64,000 nt of DNA, taken from assembly GCA_039621445.1 (NCBI GenBank), contig CP154954.1, forward strand, positions 30,136,395 through 30,200,394. The letters are read 5' to 3'. This DNA is from Euglena gracilis. Taxonomy: Eukaryota. Below the pieces are notes generated by a model. The model was not told the origin of the DNA. It did not search any database and worked only from the letters and a program-made list of their open reading frames with translations. The position numbers were made by a program, and so were the translations under genes. This document shows positions 1-10,768 of this stretch, piece after piece (position 1 is the stretch's first letter; each line of letters opens with the position of its first letter).

Positions 1-132
1 GGCTGTCAGATGAAACCCATATTTAAGCAACCTCTTGGGCAGATTGGGTGAAACCCAGAGTTAAACAACTTGAATTTGGAGGGGAGGGGTCAACAGGTGC
101 CAACAGCAGTGTCCGAAGGGGAGCGGGGCAAC

Positions 133-594
133 CCTCGTTGGCGGTGATGATGGCGTTGCTGGCGGGCGTGTGGTCCGTCACGTACGCACAGAAGCTCTTC
201 AACAGAGAGTCCGGGACCCCGCAGAAGAAGTCGATGCCCTGCCAAGTGATTGCAATTTGCCCAAGTGCTTGAGATTTGAATGACGGGGACCCTTCCCATG
301 TTTTTGGGATTCTGTCTCCCGGAATGGGGATTGGGATGCACAACACACACTGGAGGATGAACACTGAAATGGAAAAGGTCCAAATGTGGTATGATATGCA
401 TATCCGATAAAATACAATGAACTGAGTTATCACTCAAATGAAAATCCCATTTTTGTCGAATGTCCAGGATGTCGCTAGTCGAAATCGGGCATCTACCATA
501 CCAGGGATGACGCTCCAATAAATCACACCTGCTTTGCCAAGGCTTGATATAAGAACTGGACGTCGAGCTTGGACGTTGAGGTTGAGGACGCCAT
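133..594 (-). CDS. ppd: Phosphonopyruvate decarboxylase (ThDP-dependent), first two coding exons; gene continues off the left edge
   Basis: Exons 594-529 (MASSTSTSKLDVQFLYQALAKQ, donor GTGTGA) and 238-133 (GIDFFCGVPDSLLKSFCAYVTDHTPASNAIITANEG, CAG acceptor, GT donor) join in frame. FFxGVPDSLLKxFCAY...ANEG is the characteristic N-terminus of Ppd/AepY. Confidence 0.85.
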
Positions 595-1519
595 TCGACA
601 GCAACGATTCCGTAATAAACGAGACGCACAAGGAAATCGACAGAGAAGCATCTCTGGATGAGAACCGCACATGCACTTGCCTGATTCACTTTAGCGGTGC
701 AAAAAAAATGTGTTTAAAAAAAAGTAAATTTAATTATGCAATGCAATGTAGTGAAGAGCGGAGGCGCTTGAAATGCACACCCAGGGGATCGGTACCCAAA
801 CGATCATTCCTGAAGCACCTCAAACACTTTCGGAATGACCAGAAACCATTGGTGGATATTGTACTATAAATACCAAAATGCCGACCTCTGGGCTGACATC
901 CAATGGCTTCCAATCAGTCAGAATCGCCAGATTCTTCTTCTTTTGCTCTTCCCGTCGCTCATTTTTGCCACTCCCGAACTGCCAGCGATCCTTCCTTTTG
1001 TTTTTATCCATAAATTTCGAATCAGCAAAATCAAGTCGATCGTGCAATCATAGAATGCAGTGGGTTATCCGCGGTGTTGCTGATGCAAAGATGAGATGGC
1101 CACTTCTTCCCACTGCAACGCAGCAGAATCCATCTTATTGGGTTCCATCCCTCACGTTTTAGTCTGGCTCCAAAATATTTAAAATTCTCTTTTGAAAAGA
1201 GCATAAACAGGCTGAGTTTGCGGCAACCCCGTGGGGAGTGCTCTGAGGCTGAACCCCCCGTCAGGTGGGTTCGGCCACACCTCAAATTTCAGCCTGATCA
1301 TAATCACAACGAAGCCTGACGCTAGCAAAGTCTCATTGCCGGCCGGCTGGCAAAACAGTCACAAACCAGAAACCAGCGGGAGTGCATGGCATATGCTTCG
1401 CCAGGGCACCCAGTACAGTAGTAAAGTGGAGATACTCGGAGGGGTGCTGGTTAGCTGAACCACTGTTCAACGAAGACCAGTGGGGGAGGTCGAGGGGGTG
1501 GAGGGTTGCCGGGCCCGGG

Positions 1520-4500
1520 CTACGCCTTGCCCACCGACTTCTGCACGCGGGTCAGCAGGTCCTCCACCCGCACGTCCATCAGCGGCTGCCCCTTCTTCGT
1601 CCGCAGGCCGTAGCGTCGGTGCATCCCCCACGGTGGGCTTGGCACAACCTTTGTTGTCTCATAGGCTGGGGGGGAAACAACAGGGCAATCGAGGTTGCCA
1701 TATGGCATTTTCTGGGTTGTGTGCAAATTGAACTTTTGTCAGGCCATAAAATTGAGTGTTGTTTGTTTTTCAGAATAATGTACACCTGGGGGTATAACTG
1801 TACGTGTGTAACTATACGTAACCATAACTATATACCGGGTATAACGTATGAATGACGGGGTTCATACGTATTTTTTTTGGCAAGATGGGCACACAACCAA
1901 ACCTGGAAAAGCACCTTGGAGGCCAGCTGCCAACTGCAGTGGTTCCGGCCCTCTCCCGGCCAACCAAGGCGGGGGATGGGCGGGACTTCTGCTTCCGCGC
2001 CTGCACCTTCGTCTGCCGCCGCTGCTCGTCGAGCTGGCGCTGCACCAGCCGTTGCCGCAGCGCGGTCTGCGTCGCCTCCCGTCGCCGCCACAGCTGCCGC
2101 TGCCGGTCATCCACGTATGCCGGGGCGTCTGGCGGACGGGGGGGGGGGGTCAGTGGCGACGTTGGTGGCGCTTCCACGCAGGGAGGCGTAACGGTCCCAC
2201 CCCTCCCCAGGAATGTTGCGGATATTCTTGAATGGTCCGCTTGCACAAGCATGCAAACAAATCGTGTTAATGGTTTATTTACGCAGTTGCGCGAGCGGAC
2301 CAATACAACTCATTTTCGAAGCTATAAGAGCAGTTATTTTTCATGCTGTCTGTGATTTCAAGTTCTAAGGACAGGAGACATTGTCCATACACCTTATCCA
2401 TACAATTTCACATGCATTTTCCAGCTCCAAACAGGCTGGCATGGAAGGCTGTTGGTTGGTTTTGAAGTGGTCAGTTTATCAAAATGGGGTGTCTGTGGCT
2501 AACCTGTCACAGACGTCAATTGAAAAACTGGTGGCTATCCTCATGTATTTTGCTGACCTCATGTATTTTTCATCTCTTCTATCAAACACAAAGACAAAAA
2601 AATCTCTAACAATCAGTTGATCGTTGTGTTGGAATATGCACTCCTTTTGTACCTGACTCCAAAAAACTCCACAGGATGCAGGGCTTAAAAGAAAGCACAG
2701 AAAAAATTTTGGGTGAATTTTTGAGTAATTTCTCATTTCCTGGGGGTCAAACCGGGGTTCTAACCCGGGGGGAGCAAAAGGTGGAGGAAAAAACACCCTG
2801 GAAAATGGCGAAGATCCACGCACGGTGGCCTCTGAGTGTCACCAGCATAAAAAAACCTGTAATTGAAGTTGATGATTGTTTTTTTTAAAAAGTTGGAATT
2901 CTGCGGAATTACGCAAGACGACAGGAAAAAAGCAGAAATGCCAGATCGACTGCCTAAGAAGCAGGCAGTTTTGTCCCACACCTGAGTTCCGGAATGAATT
3001 CTATCAGAAAAAAACTGATGGATTCAATCTGCTGTAACAGATACAGAAATACAACAATCTCAGATTGTCATACCCGTCAACAGGGGCCCAGACAAAATAT
3101 GGCCAAAACCGGGCCCAAAATGGTCCTTTTCTGGACACCTGGCACCTTGGGAATTGATACCAGAGCCCTTTGGAAAAAAATGCAGAAAAAATGTAGCAAA
3201 ATCGAGGAAATTGCGGGAAAATTGCGGAAAAATTGCGGAAATTGCGGTTTAGATTAAATGCACTCCTGGTGGAGGGAACTTAAAAATTTCACACACTAGC
3301 TGCACACGGAGACGACCCCCAGGGCACTATAGGGTACATAGCAGACAGTACCAGGCAGGCACTGCGGCACCGAAGGCAGGGGGAAATTGATATCCGCTAT
3401 TTTTCCGGCCATTCGTTGAAAGTTTCACAAGGGCAACCAGGTGCTTTTTTGCTAACCCCCCCCCAAATAATAAACCCCCCCCAAATAATAAACCCCCCCC
3501 AAATAATAAACCCCCCCCTGAGGACCGACTTCGGCCGCCCAAATAATAAACCCCCCCCTCTGGCAGGTGTGAGGGCAAAGAAAAAAAGAGCCAAAAATTA
3601 GCAGAAATGTTGCAAAAAAATCACAAAAAATGGATCAAATTGGTGCAGAAAAAATGCCAAAAAAGCACCCAGTTTTCAAAAAAACCCAAAAATGCCAAAA
3701 AAGTGACCATTGGAGCCTGTGGAGGGGTTTTCGGGTCTAATTTTGACTTCGAAATTTTTGCCCAAATAATAACCCCCCCCCCAAATAATAAACCCCCCCT
3801 GGACCCCGACTTCGGGTGTCCAAATAATAAACCGGGGGGGTTTATTATTTGGGGGGGGGGTTTATTTGTTGCAAGTTTGCAAAAACTTGCTAAATTTTGC
3901 AAATTTTTACAACACACTTGGCAATTTCTTGGCCTTTTTAGGTTTTCCCCCACTTTCTGCTGTGAAATAATTTCGACTTGAAAATTTCGCATCCTGGACC
4001 AGATTTTACCTCATACCAAAGTTTTCGTCAATGCTTACCGGTTTTGGATTTCTCACCGAGAAATATCATATTTCCAGAATCAGCATGCTCCCAAAATTAT
4101 GATTTTGGACCTTTTTGCTGGCTAAAATGTCGGTAACAGACTCACATGCTGACCCAGTCAGGCACTGTCAAGGGGGGAGTGGTTGGCCCCACTTGCATAC
4201 CTGATTTTCCCCGAGACAACGTGGAGCATCACCAGGGGTTTTCTTAAGCCGGAGAAGAACGTATCCCTGGATTCAGACCCCCCCCCAATGGACCCCCACC
4301 CCCTCACAAAAATCCAGCCAGCACCTTTTTTCCCGTCAGCACCTTTCTCCAACCGCGCACAGGACCCCCCCCCCGCGGGGGGGGGGGGGGTCCTTAAGAA
4401 AACCCTGAGCATCACGCCTCCTGTGTGCCATTTTCTTTCGGGTGTCCAGCCAGCCAGCACCTTTCTTTCCAGCCAGCAGCTCCCAGCTGGGCTGTGGACT

Positions 4501-7500
4501 CCCCCCCACCCAGGGGTCCGCTGAAATAAAGTTCGGGCCAGCCCGGAATAATTTTCGGTGCAAAGGGCCGAAAAAAAACTGAAAAAAAGGTCAAAAATGA
4601 CCGAAAAATGGTTTTTTTGGTTTTCACATCCATATTTTGGCCTAAAAACGACAACCCTTTTGGGTGTTCTTACCCAGTCAGAACGGCATCTCGGGGGGGC
4701 TTTTTCCGGGCTGCTTTGGCGCCTGAGAGCGCCTCCGGTCCTCTTGTTCACAGCCCTCCGCTCCAGAAGCTCACCCGGGGGTGGGGGGCACACCCGTCGC
4801 CTCCCACTTTCGCTTGAGGTCGGGGCGGGCCTTGCGCAGGACCTTGTCCTTGTCGTGGCGGACCTTCTTCGTCAGCTCCTGGATGTACGGTGACGGCTCC
4901 AACTTCATCTGGTCCCCCACAGGCCTGGGTCAGGCCACGGGGGGGGGGGACCAAAGCCCGCCATCTGTTCAATGTCTTTCTGGGTTGGAGCCCTTCCATG
5001 CCTGAAACTGTGCTGCAAGGCTATCAATTTCCCGGAACTTTGGTGTGCCTCACCGCCCAGCCTGGCCGAGCACCTTCTTGTACTCAAACAGCCGCTGCCG
5101 CAGCCCCGCCGACTTGGCCAGCTTCCGCTCTTGTGCCTGCGGGCGGGCGACACGGGGCAGACGCGAGCAAAAAAGAATGGTGGCAAAGCACACTTGACCT
5201 CAACGGAGAAATTTGTGAAGATGGGATTTCCAGCCCCCCCCCCCCCGCAGGGATGTACGGGAAGCCCTGAGTGGGGGGGGGGTCTGGACCTCCCAACACA
5301 GAGGGGGGGGAACCCCACCAACCTCAAAAAATTGCTGGGAAAATTTTCGGTTATGTGAACAATAAAAAAGCTGCCAAAATTGTTGGAAATCCCCTGATTT
5401 TTCATCCAAAACAAATATAGATCCAAAAATGCTGTTTTTTTTTGTGTGGAATATACCAAAACGTCCAAAAATGTGCAATACACTCAAAATGAGGGGAAAA
5501 AGGCAGTTTTTTTGCACGTGCTGACACACGGCAGAAGAAAAAATTCGCTGTTTTTAGAACCTGTGAAAGAGGGAATGGGAAATCCAGACCTCCCCTACCA
5601 CCTGACCGCCCCCCCCCCCCACGACCAACCTCAACACCAATGGGCTTCCCACACATCCCTGACCCTCCCGCTTATAAACCCCCCTGGGTTGTTGGATCAG
5701 GTTTGGTTGGCCAGCCGAACGGGGGGTACGCGGGAGTTTAAAATTCAAAGAATTTTTGGCCAAAAACCAACCCCAAAAATAGCCAAATTGGCAAATCTTG
5801 GCAAAAATTCGTCAGAAAAATCATTTTGATGATTTATAAGTGGGGGGAGCAGGGAATTCCTTCCCCAGGGGGTTCAGCCGGCCGGCGGGAAAAAGGGACT
5901 GGCTGGATCCCCCCCCCTTGGGGGTGGGGGTCCAGGGAGGTGGGTTGAACCTGGCTGCCGGGCTGGACCCGTCTGGGGCCCAAAAACAGGCACACCAGCA
6001 ACACTTTGGGCCGTTTTTTTTTTGGGCCCAAAAATCGCGAAATGCCAAATATCTCGAAAATGAAGTAAAGTCAAGCAAAACACCCAGAGACCTGAATCCA
6101 ACGGTATTTTGGTTTCCTTGCAACTCCCCGCCTAGCCCGAGATATGGTCAGTTTACGCCCCAAAACAGAGCTGCAGGCTCTGCTGATATTTGAGTCAAAA
6201 AATCGATTCATCCAAAATTTTTCAAAAATGGTGGGGAATCAAAAGAAATTATCGGCGACCTAAAATAAAGCCCCAGGAACGTTCCACATACCAAGATGTT
6301 CGTTTTTTATTTCAACTCCCTGCAACGGTCATTTTTCGGCCAATTTGGCCATTTTTTTGGGCCCAAAAGATCGCGCAACAAACATCTCGAAAACGAAGCA
6401 AAATCAAGCAAAATGTCGGAGACCTGAAGCCATTAAACCGCCCTACCTAACGGTGTTTTGATTTCCCTGCAACTGCTCACCTGGCCCAAGCTATGGGCGA
6501 TTTACGTCCAAAACAGTGCTGCAGACTTGACTGCAGCACTGTGGGGCTGCCAGGCGTGTATGTGAATTTCGGAGGGGGGGGGAGTGAGGGGACCCCCCTT
6601 CCAAAACTGGGGGGGGTGGGGGGGACCCCCCTTCCACCTCCAGTTTTCGGTCACCGAAAATTTCGGCTGTTTTTGGGGGGTCAAAAGATCATTTTTTCTG
6701 AAATTTCTCAAAAATGGTGGGGAATCAAAGGAAATGTCCGGAGACCTGAATTGAAGCCCTTAAAATGCTCCATCTGACAGTATTTTGATTTCCACGCAAC
6801 TCCCTGCCTAGCCTGAGTTACGGCCATTTTTCGGCCAATTTTGGCCATTTTTCCAAAATTTCATACTGAGCCTCAAGAGGGTCCTAAAATACACACCCGG
6901 CGTGAAGGGGGGGGGTGGGGGAACCCCCTTCCAAAACTAGGGGGGGGGGGGGTGGGGGCACCCCCCCCTCCCACCTTACCCCCCTAGCAGGCTGTTTTTT
7001 TTAACCACCCCCCAACGGGGGGGTCCGGAGTGCCTTGGGGTGCCTGCCCAGCAGGCACTACTCCCCCCCCCCGGGGGGTCGGATCAGGCACATTCCTTTG
7101 AAAATAGGCTATTTTTGGCTCCCCAGCGCCTTCGGCGTCGGGGTCTGTGATAGGGCACTTTTGGCCGTGTGCCCTACCCTCTTAGTTGCACTAAGGCTTC
7201 TTGTCTGTTTATGGCCGGCGCTAACTCCGTGTGCCCTACCCCCCCGGAGTGGGGTCGGCACCCAACTAAAATACGGCCTGCCCCCTAGGAGGGGGGGTGG
7301 GCACCCCCCCCCTACCACCTACCTCATGTCTGCGGAGCTTCCCATACACCCTGGTGCTGGCCCCCTGGGGGGGGGGGGCGGGCCAGGCCGAGCCACCCGG
7401 CATTTACTTTTGACAACAAATAGCTCAGCACTGAGAAAAACCTGGTTTATAACTGGGGGGGGGGGTTATTCCGTGGTATGGGAGTCCAGCCCGCTCCTCA

Positions 7501-8317
7501 ATGGAGATGACGGGTGTTCCCTTCTCCAAACTCAATCAAGAATGCTTCTTGTCCTCGAAATCCCGCCTTAAGCTGTCTGAATCGATTGAGCCTAGCAATA
7601 GCTTGCTAGTGGAGACCTCCTGGTTACATCATACAACGACAACACTCGAAAAAAGGTGTGCGCAACCAGCAGATGCGCGCAGCGGATGCGCAGGGAAGAC
7701 GCTGCCCAACCGTGGCGTGCAGCCGAGGGGGGCAGGCAATGCAGGGCTGCCATGCACATCGGGCCACACCCGCTGTAGGGCGTAGCGCTCCGCATCGTAG
7801 ACCTTCGCATCTGCACTGCTTCCGCTGCGGTGGAACCAGGGCGTTGCTTGACGACCCATGGGGGGGGGGCTCCAGCTCAGAGGCTGCCAGATTTGGGCTG
7901 GAAAAAAAACCCTGCCCAGCGTCGAACTGGGGACTCAAAAATAAAAATAAAAAAACACAAAGATGTCCAAAAAAAAACATGTGGCTAATTCTGCAAGATA
8001 TCGATCTTTTGACCAAAATCTTCCTGGCCAGCTTTTCGATCCACTGCCCATTTATGACCCATTTCTGCACCCACCAAAGACAAGAAAATTCATTGCCAAC
8101 CAGCCGCCCTTTAGGTTCAGTTGGCAGGACAGCATTTACTCTCGATGGGGACTGGACAAATGCTGCTGGCTGGCTGGCTGGACCCCCATGAAGAGGAGGG
8201 TCCCCTGCAGCTCAAGCGACTCCGTGGGTGGAATTCCCCCGTCAGGGGTCGCTTCCGGAAGGGCTGATGGGCAGCGGATGGAGCCTCGGGGGGCGCCCGG
8301 GCCTTCTGCTTCCCCAT
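1520..8317 (-). CDS. Fyv7/TAP26(CCDC59)-like basic coiled-coil rRNA-processing protein, 6 exons, 194 aa
   Basis: Exons 8317-8230, 7831-7770, 5136-5068, 4914-4794, 2128-1982, 1617-1520 total 585 nt with all phases consistent: MGKQKARAPP...YALQRAQERKLAKSAGLRQRLFEYKKVLDQMKLEP...RRYGLRTKKGQPLMDVRVEDLLTRVQKSVGKA*. The C-terminal TKKGQPxM...LLxxVQK resembles the Fyv7/TAP26 motif (recalled, not searched). Confidence 0.72.
1618..1981 (-). other. Nonconventional (euglenid-type) intron
   Basis: Junctions TCCC|GCCCATCCCCCGC...GTGGGGGATGCACC|GACGC. No AG acceptor, pyrimidine|purine at both borders, 10-bp terminal pairing (one G-U) plus CTTGG/CCAAG. Removal restores the frame KSRRYGLR. Confidence 0.75.
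3455..3862. mobile_element. MITE-like element with ACCCCCCCCCAAATAATAAAC terminal inverted repeats and subterminal tandem copies
   Basis: Left end [22 protein letters not shown] mirrored by tttattattt gggggggggg tt at the right end, both flanked by TA. Related copies at about 37667-38083 and 48357-48568. Confidence 0.55.
4233..4407. mobile_element. hAT-like MITE, CAGG...CCTG TIRs, 8-bp TSD AGCATCAC
   Basis: agcatcac|caggggttttcttaag ... cttaagaaaaccctg|agcatcac. Confidence 0.85.
4915..5067 (-). other. Nonconventional intron (a GC-AG alternative is also possible)
   Basis: CTC|GGCCAGGCTGGG...CCCAGGCCTGTGGGG|GAC. CAG at +4..+6 pairs with CTG at -8..-6 and the stem extends to 9 bp with one bulge. 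In frame. Confidence 0.65.
7832..8229 (-). other. Nonconventional intron
   Basis: ATTCC|ACCCACGGAGTCGCTTGA...TCAAGCAACGCCCTGGTTCC|ACC. 12 of 15 positions pair from +4 against -6 inward, CTG at -8..-6, C|A at both borders. In frame (GEFHRSG). Confidence 0.8.
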
Positions 8318-8506
8318 CCTAGGCTTGAGGGTGAGGGCGTGGGGAGGAGGGGCTGCGACCAAATGGGGGCAAGGGGTGGCCAGGGGTGGCCCCGGCCACT
8401 GACAGAGGCGGCACGGCCGGGGTCACACGGCGGAAGGCATGGGGCCTTCAACGCCTCTGACAACTTCCAACACAGAGGTTTTTGTTAGGACCCAGGGAGT
8501 CCGGTT

Positions 8507-8910
8507 CAGGCTTTTGCTTAAGGCCCGGGGGGGGGGGGGTACTGGCTAGCCAATCGGCTAGACACTGGAAAAAAATGGACCAGCTAGACCCCCCGGGGAT
8601 CCGGAGGTCCCCCCAACTGGAAAAAAATTTTCCTCTGGCGCTGCGCGCCAAGGTGGAAATGAGGTTTTCAATGGGTTTTTGGCTGATTTTGTTCCAAAAA
8701 TTCCCAAAAATGGCTAAAAACGGGCATCTTTGGCCATTTTGGGGGGTCTCAAAAAATTTCCGGCACTTTGCGCCGGTGACTGGAAAAAAATTTTTCCACT
8801 AGCTAGCCCTGCTAGAAATCCCACTAGCCAAGATTTGGACTAGCTGCAGTCCAGCCCCCCCCCCCCCGCCCCCCCGGGGGGGGGACTGCAATCCCTAAAG
8901 CAAAAGCCTG
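8507..8910. mobile_element. hAT-like MITE, 8-bp TSD GTCCGGTT
   Basis: gtccggtt|caggcttttgcttaagg ... cctaaagcaaaagcctg|gtccggtt. Internally homologous to 10327-10768. Confidence 0.88.
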
Positions 8911-10326
8911 GTCCGGTTCCACCCACCCACCCCCTGGGGGGGGGGGGGGCTTGGGGGGACCCGCTTCTGGGGGGTCAATTCTGGGGTCCAATTTTCTTCT
9001 TCTTCGGAAAACAGAGGAAAATACCACCTCCGGTGGGGAACACCAAACACAATAGAACCTTTGCTCCGACAGGGGGACGAAACCTCCTTCCTGTCAACTT
9101 TTGGGGAAATCCTGCCCCTCCTGCCTATCTTGTGTGACAATGGACTTTGGATTCCGTGATAGAAAAATTACACATTGTTGGTTATGAACCCCAAGAATTA
9201 TGCTCATTGCTGTCGACATGTTCAATATATTCAGCTGGGTTTCAATTCAGAAAGTGCCCAAGTTCAGAAAAAAGAACCACTGTTGCATCACTATCGCCAA
9301 CGAACCCTGTTCGGGGTTGAAGCAAACTGGACATAAAAAAACTCAAACAGGAAAGAAGAGGCGATTGCCAGCCAGAATGGTTGGGTGTAACGGAGGATTT
9401 CTTTGACTACGATGGAAAACAATGCATTCGAAACAAATCGAAGAGTTCAGAGCTCGGAATAATCGACATCAAAATTGGAAAGAAAAAAAGAATCCCCCAG
9501 AGAAATTTAACAGAAAATCAACGTTCAGCTTGGGTCCAGCGCATAGATCTCTTTAAGGACCTTGCGCGGGGGGGGGGGGGGCGTGCTGGCAAGGGCTAGA
9601 AATTTGGGCTGCTAGCTCGCCCCTCCCCAGGTGGGGGAAACTAATTTTGGGGGAAAAAGAAAAATAACGAGGAAACACTGTCTTCAGCGTGCGCACGTGA
9701 CAACATCAAAAACCCATAAAAAAAAACTCCAAACAGACCATTTTCCGGCCATCTTTGGACCGTCCCCCCGAATTTCCAGCAGGGTTGTTTGGTTAACCAA
9801 CGGTCAGTTAACTAACCATGACCCCCCCAATTAATTGACTAATTGAGGGGGGTGCAGTTTACCAATCAGTTAAAGGGTAATGGAGAGCAAAGAAGCCCTG
9901 GATTGTTTGGGGGGGCAAAAGGACTTTGGGGGGGGGGGACGACCACAAAAAAAGGCAGGAATCAGTTTTCTTTTGATTCCTTTGTTTTTTTGGGGGGCCA
10001 CTCATCATGACACATCATGAGTATGGGGCTTGATGTTTGTCAGAATGAATGCTGCTCTTTTGGGTGTGATTGAAGGTGATGGATCTCCAAAAAAAGAAAA
10101 CAAAAAAAATGTCAAAAGAGAAGCTTCCCAAAAAAAGCTCCTCAAAAAAAGATAAAAAGCTCCTCAAAAAAAGCTCACAAAAATTCTCAGAGATCCACAA
10201 GTGCTGGGGACCCGCCTGAAGAGAATGCACGGTACAAAGAGCAGGGGAGCCGCAAAAAAAAAACAGGTTCACATGTCAGCATCACAACGATGTGAGGCTG
10301 GTGCAGCTATGGAACGAGGTTCCAAA

Positions 10327-10768
10327 CAGGCATTTGCTTAAGGACCCCGGGGGGGGGGGGTACTGGCTAGCAAATCGGCTAGACACTGGAAAAAATGGAC
10401 TATCAACACACCCCGCGGGGGGGGGGGGTGGAGTCCGGGGGTCCCCAGGACTGGAAAAAAAATTTCCCCCGGCGCTGTGCGCCAGAGGAAAAATGAGGTT
10501 TTTAATAGGTTTTTGGCTGATTTTGTTCCAAAAATTCCCAAAAATGGCCAAAAACGGGCATTTTTGGCCAATTTTGGGGGTCCCCAAAAAAATTTTCGGC
10601 GCTTCGCGCCGGTCACTGGGAAAAAAATTTCCACTAGCTAGTTCTGCTAGCAGACCCCCCCAGGGGGGGGGGTCTGCTAGAAATCCCACTAGCCAAATTT
10701 GGACTAGCTGCAGTCCAGCCCCCCCCGGGGGGGGGGGGGGGTACTGCAATCCCTTAAGCAAATGCCTG
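10327..10768. mobile_element. hAT-like MITE, perfect 17-bp TIR, 8-bp TSD GTTCCAAA
   Basis: gttccaaa|caggcatttgcttaagg ... ccttaagcaaatgcctg|gttccaaa. Confidence 0.9.

Noticed and set aside
7629-7859. ATG at 7859 as start of the Fyv7-like gene
   Set aside because: It lies inside a well-supported nonconventional intron; the upstream exon at 8317 joins in frame.
10337-10758. TTAA near both element ends suggesting piggyBac
   Set aside because: TTAA is internal to the TIR; the true ends are CAGG/CCTG with an 8-bp TSD.
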